Source: Curvularia clavata
Taxonomy: Eukaryota
Direction of reading: 5' to 3'
Length of the DNA: 64,000 nucleotides
Assembly: GCA_023920165.1 (NCBI GenBank)
Contig: CP089278.1
Coordinates: 1,054,001-1,118,000 of the forward strand
Shown here: piece by piece, positions 47,744-59,413 of the stretch
Position numbering within the stretch: position 1 is the first letter of the stretch
Layout: each line of letters starts with the position of its first letter
Program-made: the position numbers and the translations under genes
The notes under the pieces: generated by a model
The model's input: the letters and a program-made list of their open reading frames with translations, nothing else
Databases searched by the model: none
Told to the model about the DNA's origin: nothing

Positions 47744-50074
47744 ATGTCTTTCGGATGTAGCCCATCAGACGTGCTGAAGCTGCTAGAGATCTCCACTCGG
47801 GTGTACCTCGCTTTCAAAGGTATGTCGTTAGCAACTGTCGCGTGGCAAGGATCTACATGTTAATGTACTTTTACAAGCAGATGCCAATGAGAATTCCGAA
47901 GCACAGGTAGCAAGTCTAGTGAAAGAGTTCACGGCCTTTCACACTTGCTTGACCGAGTTGGGCGAGCTGATGAAGCAGTATGGCCAGCCAATGCCCTTCC
48001 CTGTGAAGGACTTTGAGGCGACCCTCAAGAGGTGTGAGAAGACTCTCGACCCATATGCAGACCATCTGGTCGATAAGAAGATGGGCGTTAAGAAGTTCAT
48101 CTTCACGATTCGATATATGGGAATGGAGAAAGAGATCGATGGATTGAGAAAGCAGATTACTGGTCATTACCAGGCGTTGCACATGTGCATATCGTTTCTA
48201 CAGCTGTAAGTATACAGTAGAATCTCTGCGAGAGTGAAGAACGACTAACCATCCGCAGGCGCTTGCATCTCGAGGCGACCAAGCAAACCCAACGTCTTCT
48301 TGACTCGGCTCCACCACGCACAGTGACTCTGGGAGGACGCGCCTATTCAACGAATGCGATAGGGTTCTCGTCTCAACATGCGCCTTTGGCGCTGCCTGCA
48401 CCAGATGAGCACCCACTTTTCAGTGAATGGGTGATTTTTGATCGTTGGTTGCAAAGCGAAGACGAGCGCATCGCAAGGGAAGCTGAGCATGCGCGCCCAT
48501 TATCGTTGGGTGACACACCGGCTGCTGTACCCAGCGAAGATGACCAAACGGCTGCTATATTGTATCATCTCCGTCGACAAGTTGATGACGCTATCTTGAT
48601 CGAGGAAAACCGCGCCAAACGTATGACTGCTGGGAAGCGGTCGCACCTCTCGCCAAGCGATGCCATACGACAAGAAGTACGCAATATGCCGCCAGCGCCT
48701 TCACGTACATACACGCTCGACACTGACCATTCCGGAAACTTCACTGGTTTCGAACAACACCAAATGAGCAGTTCCTCAGCAACTGTTCGACCCACGATAA
48801 GTCCTCCATCGCCTCATTCGCCCAAATCAGGAAGCCCGCCGAGCGACTCATATTTTGGTTCAATAGACTGGGCGCAGTCACCAACTGAGACCTCAGCTTC
48901 GCATGATATCGGCCGTACAACTTCTGTTTCAACAAACAGAAGCAGCATGAGCTACTCACCAGCTTCGCAGCCTTTGTCTGGTGCTGATGTGAGTCCTAGT
49001 GGGACTGTCCAAGAGACTCTAGCATCGTACAGTCTGCGACGCAGTCTTTCTCGAACGTCCCTAGCGACTATGGCTTTAGGCGAAGCGGCGCTCAAGTGGA
49101 GGTGCATCTCCCGATCCGTTGACGTTGAACGAAAGTCAGTCAAGTACGGAGCCGAAAGTGAAAAGTGTGAAGTTCGATGGCAATACCGAGAAGACACGGG
49201 AATATCAATCCAAGCCGTATATCGCTCCAAATCAGACAACAAGCTCCACAGCTGGATTGAACAGCATTTTCCAGCTACTGGTCCTTCGATACCCCTGACA
49301 ACCACATATCCGGATGGTGCGGTATCCATCGACTTTCCACGCAACTCGTTTGGGAGATTGGATAAGCAATACACAGATATCAAGTACACGTTTCTCAGCT
49401 ACGAGTCGGCAGAGAAGTTTCAGACCCTTCTTTACACCAACAATGGCGTTGATGCTGCGGAACTCAAATTTGACCGGCCAATTGCGACAATTTCATCAAA
49501 TCTAAACGCCACTGAGTGTCGAGGAAGGAATCTGAGGGTGTGGAAACGCACAGAGACTCACTTGGAAGACGACGGCCCCGTCAGCTTCGACGTCTTGGTA
49601 CTCCTGTTCTACACTAGCGCGTTGGAGGAGAAAGGCCATTGGGTGGAAGAGCCACACTACGCATTTGAATGGCTGACAGAAGCCACCTTCAAGAAGGACA
49701 GCGACAAACTGACCTTGGTTTTCTCCAAAGAAGCGTCGCGCTGGAAATCCGACAAAATCTTCCAGCGGCGCAAGTCCTCTAGCGCTAGCACGGCAACGAC
49801 ATCAGCACCAAAGAGCCCATCCATCTTCTCGCGGAAACGTAACGACTCGATGGAGATACCAAATTTGACGCGTTCAGGTACCAGGGCGTCAGTCGCATCC
49901 AATGAATCAGCAAAGACGTTCAAGAGCGCCCTGGGCAGTGGCAGTAACCCAGCTCGACAGGGAAATATCAATCGTTTTGGGTACTCTGAATTGGAAATCA
50001 AGTTTCAGAACAAAAAGGATCGGAGGGCGTTCTTGGATGTGTGGAAAGAACATGTGAAGCCGTTGAAGCGATGA
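47744..50074 (+). CDS. Hypothetical protein: HeLo-like/'fungal N-terminal' helical domain, Ser-rich linker and beta-rich C-terminal region
   Basis: MSFGCSPSDVLKLLEISTRVYLAFK start. Introns 47820-47880 and 48206-48258 join three ORFs in frame. Confidence 0.78.
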
Positions 50075-50395
50075 CACGGGCATGTGGATGGCTACAATAA
50101 TGAGAAGCATCGAGTTGCAGGAACGTAGTTATGAAAAGGGAAAATATATCTAATACAACATTTTTAATCACCTGAAAAGATGCATTCGTATGTACTAGTA
50201 GGAGAAGAAGTACTGCACAGTGAAACTATTTATACTATAGTTATTCAATTATATTATGGTAGATACACGAAGAAGACATTTACACCCAACTTAATCACAC
50301 CTCCTATGCTCAATCTCCAGATCAATTCTAGTACACGATAGTCGAGACTTAATTATTCACGTCCTTATCTTACTACTGTACGACAAATCCCCCTA

Positions 50396-52812
50396 TCAAA
50401 CACACGTCTTGTTCGCCACCACCTTCCCAAACTCCTCTACATACTTTACCTGCCCCTGCTCATCATAATCAATTCTCACCTGCTGATTACTCTGCACCGA
50501 CGGGTCACCTTCGAGATAGTTCAGGGGCTCCAGCCGCATAGACGAGTGCGCGGAGCTGAACATAGTAACTGGCAGGTCAGCCGTATTGGGTAGATGGTGC
50601 ATGCCTAGGTTGAACCAGAGGACGCTGTTTATCGTATTATCGTTAGCAAGTTGTCACAAACCTCAGCCCCCGTTCTTTGCTCGTTTGGGAGCTAGTAGAT
50701 TGGGGGTGTTTGAAAGTGGAAAGGGGTACTTACACATCTTCCTGTTCGAGGTTCTCGCCATCAAAGAAAGTCGCAAAATCCACCAGCGGATCCTCCTTCT
50801 GAAACTGGTTCCACGGATCAGCAGCCCGGGGCTCGGTATCTTTTTGCTTGGTAATGTAAAAGTCGTGTGTGACGAAGGCGCCTGCTTTGCCCGTGTTGCT
50901 CGAGTTGGTTTGCGTGAGGTGGATGGTGCCTGCAGTTCTCTTGAGGCGGTAGCCAGGGTACTCTCCGAAGCGGTTCGGCGTGTCCTTGTTCACAATCGCG
51001 TACTGGCTGTTGTCGTTTTCAGCCCAGTTGATTTGCGATGCCGATTCGTTTTCGACCCACGAGCGGTGCGCTTTAAAGGTGTTGTAGCGGTGGCCTTGGC
51101 TCCAGGGATAGTCGGTGGTGATGGCTTGGAAGGTCATCTTCTGGACGCTGTTCTTGCCGCCGTTGATGTCGAGGTCCGCTTTGAAGGTCAGTGTGTGGTC
51201 GTGCGAGCTGCCGGACAGGTAGTCGTGGACGTGGAATCCGTATTCGAGGTCATTTTCCCAGTAGCTGGCGGAGATGTAGCCAGAGAAACGCGAAGAGACT
51301 TCAATGGCACCGTCGTAGAAGAAGATGTAGTCGATCATGAAGTCGTAGTTGCCGACGGTGGCGATGGTGCGCATTATGAACTGGATGTTCTTTGCAACAC
51401 TTGTATGAGCGCCAGTGTCGGTGAAAGAATGGCGGCGGATCGGGTATCCGGCGTCAAATTCGAATACGCAAATGGCATCTGGGAGTGTTTTGGTAGCATT
51501 GCCTACGTTGATGGATACGGGCAGATATGTGGCGTGGTTTGGACAGTCGTACCCATGGACGAGGGGCTGTAAGTCTGCTCCCATGCCGCTTGTGGTGTCG
51601 AAGAAGGTCGCTTCTGAGCCAAAGGGACTCGAGCTTGCGTAGGCTGTCAATGCTTCTTGAAGAGAAAGCTCGTACAGGATACGTTTCCCTTTGTATTTGA
51701 TATCATAAAGCGCCAAACCTCGATCTTGGGTGACAGTATGGAAAAAGTCAAAGTCCATCCAGGAAATGTAATGCTCCTCAGCATCAATTCCGAACCTTTG
51801 GTCTCCCTGCGCGATAGAAGCAGGAGGCAGCTGCTCATCCAAAGGAAGTGGTGTTCCTTGTTTGTCGGTAGACGTCCAGTTGCCCACTACATTTGGCGAG
51901 GGTACTTTGTAGTCCGTAACGTTGATTGCCGCTCGAAACTCCGCTGTAGTGGCGTAAAACTCCCCGGCCGAGTACCATCCGGCCACTGACCAATCCTCCC
52001 AGTTTCGGGAGGTCAGATCGAATTTGATATCAAAGCCCTGGGGCAGGACAGTGACGCTGCCGAGCTCTGTACCGGGAGTACCAAGCACTGTAGCCCAAGA
52101 GATAATTCGGCCATCTTCATCCCAGAAGGGACTACCGAAACGAATGCCAACAAGGCCACCCACAAATGTCTAGGATACGGTAAGTTGTTGATAGAGCACA
52201 TTATTCGCAAACTATCACTTACCGTGTTGAACAATCGCTGGGCAATATCGTCGTGTTCAGTTGCAAACTTGGTGAGGAAACTTGTACCTTCATTTACAGA
52301 ATACAATTTATGCATGGTGGTTTTTCCTGGATGGGTATTTTGGAATGGAAAAGTGAGAGGCTGCACTGCTGTTGCATTGGTAGCTGGTAGAGGGCCAACC
52401 ATGTACTCTTGCCAATACACTTCCGAGGAATTGGTAGCGCCATGCTGAACTGTTGCCCGTGCATACCGACAGGGAGGTTTTGAATCTCCGTCGAGAAAAG
52501 GAACAGTGGCGGTCTTGTTGGGCTCTAAGAGCGCGACTTGCACTCTGAAAGATGCTCAATATGTGAACGCTTTCTTGCATCAGTCTGAACTTACACATAA
52601 CTATCGTGGCTAGATCCCTGATTGCCGTTCAAGTCCAAGCTCGTCTGTAAAAGTTGATTGATGCTCGCTGTCTCATCTTCCGAAAGCTGTTTCCATGGGT
52701 TAGGAAATGGCGCACTTAGTGTAGGCTGTCGATCTGGGGTGGAAGCATTCTGTGCGGCAGCTGATGAAAGAAGGGCAGCAATGCCGACCACGACAGTAGA
52801 AGCCCACTTCAT
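50396..52812 (-). CDS. Secreted copper amine oxidase
   Basis: Signal peptide MKWASTVVVG, LYELSLQEA, TPQ consensus TVGNYDF, Cu ligands HDH and GMHHLP. Three introns. Confidence 0.93.
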
Positions 52813-53885
52813 GATTGCTTGCTTTCCAAGACGCAAGTGACAGGCTTAACATGTCTATTCATGGGGTGCCTGCATGTTATATGATGGATCAGACGCTTAC
52901 ACTAATCCAACCGAATAGTGCGTTGGGGCACTAATCTCATGTCATCACTCGCGAGACTGGCTGAGAATGGTCTGACTCGGCCGAAATCGAGGCCCTCGCT
53001 TCGAAAGGGATCTACCTTGGGAAATCCCCTGTTGTGTTGTTTTTTCCTGCATGACGGGTTCAACGAGGCGAGATCGACAGGACAACCCTTCGTCAAGCGA
53101 TTCAGCTCCGGGCTGCAACAATACTAAAGTCTACCCCCTCACGCTAACAGTGCCACAATTATGAATAGAACTCTTGTGGTAGGTATACAAGGGTCATTTA
53201 GCCATCTTTAGAAGGTGTGTAATACCATGCGATTGGTTGTACAAATATGTGGCGTTTGATCCCAGCCTATGGCTGTTAGCGTGCTCAGCTCGAGCTCGGG
53301 GCGAAAATGTGCCCGCCAGATTCGTTCCTCGCAAAAGAGTATATCAGAAACAAGCACTGTCAGCATTCCGGTGGTCCAGGGATACGCCAGACGGGGCTGA
53401 TTGACAAGTGATCGTTCCTGGATCTCGATACAAGCTTTTCAGCCCCGGCTAAGACACATGATCATCCAGAGCAAACTTTCCACATGAACCACACTGATTT
53501 ATTCATGTTACGTGATTATAAACACCAAACACGTCCATCTCGCTTGTTCTGCAGCTCTGTGGATTCTACTTTCTGGTTTACTTTATTGCCATGTTTTAAA
53601 CTACAAAGCTACATTCCGATGCAACCTCCTCGGAATTACCGGAGTGGGAAACTCTGCCAATACTTCAGCACTGACCGCAAGGCTGAAATGCGGAGACTTT
53701 TGTTTTGTACCTAGCAGAGCACTGAGACCAGAAAGAGAGCCTGGCTCGAGGTTGCGTAACTAGCAGAGAAAACAAATGAAACAATTCGATTCGAATACAA
53801 TCTGCTATTGGAAACGGAATAAAAAAACCGGCTCGGGATGCTCATACCGGAAAGCGCGTTTCATGGCAACCCTCAACACTTGAAC

Positions 53886-54464
53886 CTACCACGCAATTTG
53901 CGGTGGGAGAAGCCTACGGTTATTTCGGTGTCTGGCCATTAGGTTGTGTCGAAATCGCCTCGGTTCAGCTTGAATTTCTCTTCCCATGTACTTGAGCTCA
54001 TCCGCCCACAAAGCAAGCTCAACCCTCTCTGGGAACGCCCGGTAGATCTTTCGTACATGTCGTGACAAGGTCTCTATTTTACGAGCGAGAAAGTACGAAT
54101 CTTCATTGTCGCTATGCAGACCCGGTCGGTAGTAATGGTGTATGTTGTAGAAGGTTTGATACAGCGTTTGCACAAGGGGTGGAATTATGTTTCCCAGCTC
54201 AACGAGACCTTCACGCAAGCCAGGCTAGTTAGAGTAAGCACGGGAAGCAGTAGCTAGACGATATCGCTGCGCTTGAAAACTTACAATGTTGCTAGATATT
54301 CTGCAAAAATCACAGCATGATACGCTGAAAAGGTCAGGGAAAGCCCAACGATGTCCTCGCATATTCCCAGGTGTCCAGGGGTCACGAAAGCGATGTGCAT
54401 GGCCAATGGGGTGTTCGAAATCGTGGCCACGGCACCATGGACAGGAGCAGAAATCGTGTGCCAT
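53886..54464 (-). CDS. Small hypothetical protein with His/Cys-rich N-terminus
   Basis: Two ORFs joined in frame by a canonical intron 54284-54225 (GTAAGT..CTAACTAG). Confidence 0.5.
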
Positions 54465-55024
54465 TTGGAGAAACTCGGTCAAATATAGTGCGTTGTGTCA
54501 AATGTTTAGCTTGTAGGCTGGCGTTTGAAATGCTTCGCCTTGCAATGGGAGATGATTTGGACGGGTCTTATATGGTACTCTCGGGCTCTGTTCTCGGTCA
54601 TGTCATATGTTTGATACAGCCCTGCGACTTGTACGACGGGGCAACGCAATGGCTTCAAAGTTCTCGATGGTGGCACGCAAACACTGGTGGCGGTGAGCAA
54701 GTTGGGTCATTTTCTGCATATCAGGCCCTGATCAGTAAGTAGGTAGCAGGCGATCCAGTCAATGGCCGTCTCTGTTGGGTGTCCATGACAAGGCACAGGG
54801 ATTTTGGAGCAAACAAGTCGACGAGGCCATGCCCTGTGTGACACGCCCACCGCCGCTCCGGCTGTGGTCAGGTTGAGGGTGTACAGTGACGTGAATCAGG
54901 AGACGGTCGGATGCTGCCACGCCTCATTGAAGAGGGCTGATTGTCGCGACTCCGCTGGCAGGTAGAGAAGGGCGATAATGAAGCACGGCTAACGTCTTGA
55001 CTGTACGACTTGAGGCACGTGTCG

Positions 55025-55092
55025 AGACGCGGTTTGGGACGACGCGGGCGCGACGGCGCTAGTCCGTTTCCGGATCACTTAACGCGTCGCGT
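55025..55092 (+). promoter_or_regulatory. MCB-like (ACGCGT/ACGCG) cluster upstream of CDC6
   Basis: ACGCGT at 55082-55087, an adjacent CGCGT, and ACGCG near 55027 and 55042. Confidence 0.6.
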
Positions 55093-55194
55093 CCATTACG
55101 CTTTCTCAAGCTAGCCGACGAGCTGCTTCCACACCACCACTCCCACCTTCCCACATTGCGTACCACCCACTGTGCCTTCTCTCCAAGACTCATC

Positions 55195-57198
55195 ATGGCT
55201 TCCACTGTTCTTGGAAAGAGGACGCGCAGCTCCGCACGTGTCGCTGCCTCCGCAGGTATGAGCAAGCAGCGCCCTGGTAGCACTTTCCCGGGTGACACGT
55301 CCCTAACACGCCCAGCAGATGCAGAATTGAACGTCGCAACACGGGCGAAGCGGAGGACGCAGTTTGTTATTCACGACGAGGGCGAGATTGAGAACCCGTT
55401 CGTCACACCCAAGAAGCAAAATGTGCGCACCGAGGATGCAATGGAACTGGATTCCCCCGAGGCCAAGCCATCGACAAGGCGTGGAAGAAAGACGGGGACG
55501 ACACCTGCCAAGCACAGCGAACCATGTTCACGGTTTCCCCTGTCCGCAACAAAGGAAAATTCTCCGCAGAAAGCGCTGGTCGACATACCGGAGAAGTTTG
55601 CGCCTACTCCCTCAACACCCAGACATCGAGATGCGCTTGCTGCCAAGGTCGCCGTCACACCACGACACCGACTCATCATCCCTGGACGCCCGTTGACACC
55701 CCGCACACCGCACACACCAGGAACCCCAAGGAACTCCGCCCCTACTGTATACAACGATGCCCGACAAGTGTTTGCTAGGGGTTCGGCGCCCCCAGTGCTA
55801 TTTGGACGGGACAACGAGAGAAAAGAGCTCGAGAGCTTCATTACTTCGCGCACCAAGGGCCACAAGTCTGGATGCATCTATGTTTCAGGACCCCCAGGTA
55901 CTGGCAAAAGTGCCTTTGTAAACGATGTATGCCGCACTGTGTCATCCGACGATTCTGTCCAGACAGGCTACATCAATTGCATGAGCGTCAAGAATGCCCG
56001 TGATCTGTACAGGACCCTGCTGGAGGAGTTTGTCGACATCTCTGAGATTGTTGAGGGCGAGGAAATGGAAGCACTCAAGAAAGTTTTCATGCAACGAGAC
56101 TCCTCTTATGTTGTCACGCTGGACGAAGTAGACCACCTGCTTGAGCTCGACATTGATCTCTTCTACAACATCTTCGAATGGTCATTACAAAAGTCCTCAA
56201 GTCTGATTCTCGTCGGCATCGCAAACGCGCTCGACCTCACAGATCGATTCCTTCCACGACTCAAGGCCCGTGGTCTCAAGCCACAGCTCCTGCCCTTCCT
56301 TCCATACAACGCCGCGCAAATTTCCTCGGTCATCACCTCGAAACTAAAAGCCTTATTGCCAGCCGGAAGCACCAGCCAACTTCCCTTCATCCACCCCACT
56401 GCCATCATGTTCCTCTCCAAAAAGGTCGCGGCTCAATCCGGCGACCTCCGCAAAGCCTTCGACATCTGCCGCCGAGCCATCGACCTCATCGAAGCCGACA
56501 CACGGGACCAACACGCCAAAAAAGCCAGCGAAATCACACCCTCCCCCACACCCTCACCATCCAAAACGCCCCTAGTCGAAAACGTCAATCTCGCCTCTCA
56601 GGCTAGCCGCTCCCCCTCCAAACCCAAGGACCTCAGCACCGTCATTGCCGCCTCGCTGGCCTCTCTCACCGCAGAAACCGCTCCTCGAGCCACCATCGGC
56701 CACATGGCCAAAATCACCGCCGCAGTCTTCAGCAACGGCACCAGCCAGCGCCTGCGCAACCTCAACCTGCAACAAAAAGCCGTCTTGTGCTCTCTCTCCG
56801 CCATTGAAAAGAAAAAGCGCGCCACGGCCGCCGACACCGTCTTGTCTACCCCTTCCCGATCTCACACCACATCCCCGACTATCAAGGAACTCTTCGAAGC
56901 CTACACCGCCCTGTGCAAGCGTGAAAATGTGCTGCATCCCCTCACCAGCACAGAGTTCCGCGACATAGTGGCTAGTCTGGAGACACTGTCGCTTGTTTCG
57001 GCGGTAGAGGGCAAGGCTGGTTCCTTGGATGTGTTTTGTGCGGGCACGCCGAGTAAGAGGGGCAGGGCAAAGGCTTTTCCTGGTGTGCTGGTTGAAGAGC
57101 GGCGTGTGGCGAGTGTGGTGGGTGAGAAGGAGTTGGCGGATTCATTGAGTGGACCTGGCGCAAGTATTTTGAGGGGGATTCTGGAGGGTGCGGAGTAG
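55195..57198 (+). CDS. CDC6: Replication licensing AAA+ ATPase Cdc6/Cdc18
   Basis: MASTVLGKR, many TP/SP CDK sites, IYVSGPPGTGKS, INCMS, VTLDEVD, GIANALDLTDRFLPRL and SGDLRKAFDICRRAI. Probable intron 55256-55315/55318. Confidence 0.95.
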   Translation: MASTVLGKRTRSSARVAASAGMSKQRPGSTFPGDTSLTRPADAELNVATRAKRRTQFVIHDEGEIENPFVTPKKQNVRTEDAMELDSPEAKPSTRRGRKTGTTPAKHSEPCSRFPLSATKENSPQKALVDIPEKFAPTPSTPRHRDALAAKVAVTPRHRLIIPGRPLTPRTPHTPGTPRNSAPTVYNDARQVFARGSAPPVLFGRDNERKELESFITSRTKGHKSGCIYVSGPPGTGKSAFVNDVCRTVSSDDSVQTGYINCMSVKNARDLYRTLLEEFVDISEIVEGEEMEALKKVFMQRDSSYVVTLDEVDHLLELDIDLFYNIFEWSLQKSSSLILVGIANALDLTDRFLPRLKARGLKPQLLPFLPYNAAQISSVITSKLKALLPAGSTSQLPFIHPTAIMFLSKKVAAQSGDLRKAFDICRRAIDLIEADTRDQHAKKASEITPSPTPSPSKTPLVENVNLASQASRSPSKPKDLSTVIAASLASLTAETAPRATIGHMAKITAAVFSNGTSQRLRNLNLQQKAVLCSLSAIEKKKRATAADTVLSTPSRSHTTSPTIKELFEAYTALCKRENVLHPLTSTEFRDIVASLETLSLVSAVEGKAGSLDVFCAGTPSKRGRAKAFPGVLVEERRVASVVGEKELADSLSGPGASILRGILEGAE

Positions 57199-57476
57199 GG
57201 GGGTTGGTGATGATGTGGATATGAACTTGGACGTGAGCGTGGATCTTTTTCTCCTTTTTTTCTCTCTTTTCTTGTACTTTGTCCTGGGGGTATAACAGGA
57301 CGTTTGTCTGTCTTTCTCTCTTTTTTTTTTTTGAAAGACGGTTTGGTTCGGCAGCTTGTTGCATTTATCATGGTACGGTATTGCATGGGCATTTCTGCAT
57401 TAGACACACTTGTTCAGACTCTTGGTTAGGCGTCTGGCATTCAAGCGATTCAGCGAGTTTAGCATAGTTTAGCGTT

Positions 57477-57505
57477 AGCATCAGCATCAGCATCAGCATC
57501 AGCAT
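57477..57505 (+). repeat. (AGCATC)n microsatellite, about 5 copies
   Basis: agcatcagcatcagcatcagcatcagcat between convergent 3' ends. Confidence 0.85.
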
Positions 57506-57657
57506 AAGCTTGGTGTTTGGTATCATGTCTTTGAAATAAAGAGAAATTCCACAACAACCCTTCAACGTCACACGTATACTTTCAGTAACAAGAAGTGATG
57601 TAAACACTGGGTATAAATTTCCCCATCGGAGCATGAAGTCTAAAAACAATATTCCAT

Positions 57658-59115
57658 CTACTCTTGCACAGCACCATTCTCTTTCTTCTGTTCCTCTCCC
57701 ACTTCTTCCACTTCCTCCTCGCCCTCCTTGTCCTGCCTCAACGTACTCGTCGGGACCTCGCTCTCCTCGCCCTTCTTGCGGAAAACCGCCTGCATCCAGC
57801 ACCGATACATTTTGAGTCTGCGCTGCCGATTGACCAGCATGCGTCTATCGACGCCGATATGCGCAACCTCGAATGTCGGTCTCTGGGCATCACTTACTTG
57901 CATCGCCTTGACGCCATTGACGAGCTCATCTTGCTCCTCGGCACTCTCCTTCTTCTCCACCTCATTCTTCTCCTCACTCTCCTTCTGTGCACAGCCAGCA
58001 CCACCCCCCCAAATGCTCTCCAACTCCTCCCTCTCAAAGAAATAAACTCTCGTACCATCCCCCCTCACATAAAAATTCTCCTGCAAATACCTCCCCTTCT
58101 TGAACCTAACCTGCGCCAGATCGCCCCTTCCATAATCCCTAAACAAGACCTGGCCCCCCGGCTTAAGCACGCGCCAGATATTCCTAACCGCCTGGTCCCA
58201 CTGATCCGGACTCAACGCACTAAAGATGAATATCATGAGCACAACATCAACACTACCTTCTGAAAGACCGGGGGGTAACCCTGCATTCTCAGAGTCTGGG
58301 GAAGACGCCACGTCCCAAACATCCGCCTGTATACGCTCGGGATCATACAACTCATGTGCCCGTATCAACTCGACTGCCTTTTTTGAAAAATCACACGCAT
58401 GAATCTTCAGCCTCTGATTGCGACTCCGCTGCAGAATAGGAAACGCACTATTTCCCGCTCCAGCACCGACCTCGAGCACCGTGGCTTTGGGACCATCCTC
58501 CTTGCCCAATTCCTCAAGCACAGGAAACTCTTGGGCTAGCCACTTTCTGTTCTTGAAGAAATTCGTCTTGTTGTTCTTGTAGAATTGGTTCCACCACTTC
58601 TCGGGCTGCGCATTGTAGCGTGCGCGGTCGAATTCAGAGACGGGTTCGGCGCGCTGCTTGGTGTATTGTTCTTCGGAGAAGGCAAGGTACGAAGAGTCGA
58701 CGGTTACGTGGTCCCAGGCGTTGAATTCGAATATGTCGTCGCCTTCTTCGAGGAAGCGGCTCCCGAAGGAGAAGGGGTCGCTGCGCTTTTGGTTGTTGGT
58801 GGGGTCGTGCGAGCGCGAGGCAGGGGCGCGGACGGGTGCAAAAGAGGCGGGGACTCCGTAGGCGTCGTTTTCGGTGGGAGTTTGTTGTTGTTGTTCTGAA
58901 GGAGTGGTTTGTGACTCTTGGGGTGGTGACTTTGGTGTAGAGGAATGCGGGATGGGGTCTGCGGTAACTGCAAAGCGCATGTGCTCCATGGCTTTTGATA
59001 ATTGCTGTTTCGGCTGCGGTTTCTTCGACATACTGTTGTCGGTTTGGAATCTGGGGTCGCTGGACTCTACAGCGTTCGCCGCTGGTGCGCTCGTCGTATC
59101 CATATCCGCAGCCAT
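57658..59115 (-). CDS. TRM140: tRNA m3C32 methyltransferase (Trm140/Abp140, METTL2/6 family)
   Basis: FGSRFL, FNAWDHV, FFKNRKWLAQEFP, LEVGAGAGN, ACDFSKKAV, FRDYGRGDLAQVRF, YVRGDGTRVYFF and MYRCWMQ. Confidence 0.92.
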   Translation of the reverse strand: MAADMDTTSAPAANAVESSDPRFQTDNSMSKKPQPKQQLSKAMEHMRFAVTADPIPHSSTPKSPPQESQTTPSEQQQQTPTENDAYGVPASFAPVRAPASRSHDPTNNQKRSDPFSFGSRFLEEGDDIFEFNAWDHVTVDSSYLAFSEEQYTKQRAEPVSEFDRARYNAQPEKWWNQFYKNNKTNFFKNRKWLAQEFPVLEELGKEDGPKATVLEVGAGAGNSAFPILQRSRNQRLKIHACDFSKKAVELIRAHELYDPERIQADVWDVASSPDSENAGLPPGLSEGSVDVVLMIFIFSALSPDQWDQAVRNIWRVLKPGGQVLFRDYGRGDLAQVRFKKGRYLQENFYVRGDGTRVYFFEREELESIWGGGAGCAQKESEEKNEVEKKESAEEQDELVNGVKAMQVSDAQRPTFEVAHIGVDRRMLVNRQRRLKMYRCWMQAVFRKKGEESEVPTSTLRQDKEGEEEVEEVGEEQKKENGAVQE

Positions 59116-59413
59116 TATCTACTGTTCAGTCGCGTATTGCGGGGATTCACACGGAATAGGAATTCTTGGAGGGGCTTCGCTTGGAGGGGGGGAAATTTCC
59201 CACGCTAGCCACCCCCAAAAACAGCATAGTGTAGGCGCTCCGCGCCGCGGCGGTCCCTGACATGAGCAACCGCGTCATATGGGCAGAGCCGCAATGCTTT
59301 AGCGCGCGAACATCGCATTGCCGTCTCAGATACCTCCACGTCACAGGAAACCACAAACAAACTCGCTATGAAGCCGCGATAACACAATCCGACCTGCCCT
59401 CTCAACAATTAAG

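Noticed and set aside
50586..51572. 328-aa plus-strand ORF
   Set aside because: Antisense shadow of the codon-biased amine oxidase, with no recognisable motifs.
57658..59115. Possible programmed +1 frameshift as in yeast ABP140
   Set aside because: The ORF is continuous from the N-terminal extension into the methyltransferase, so no frameshift is needed.
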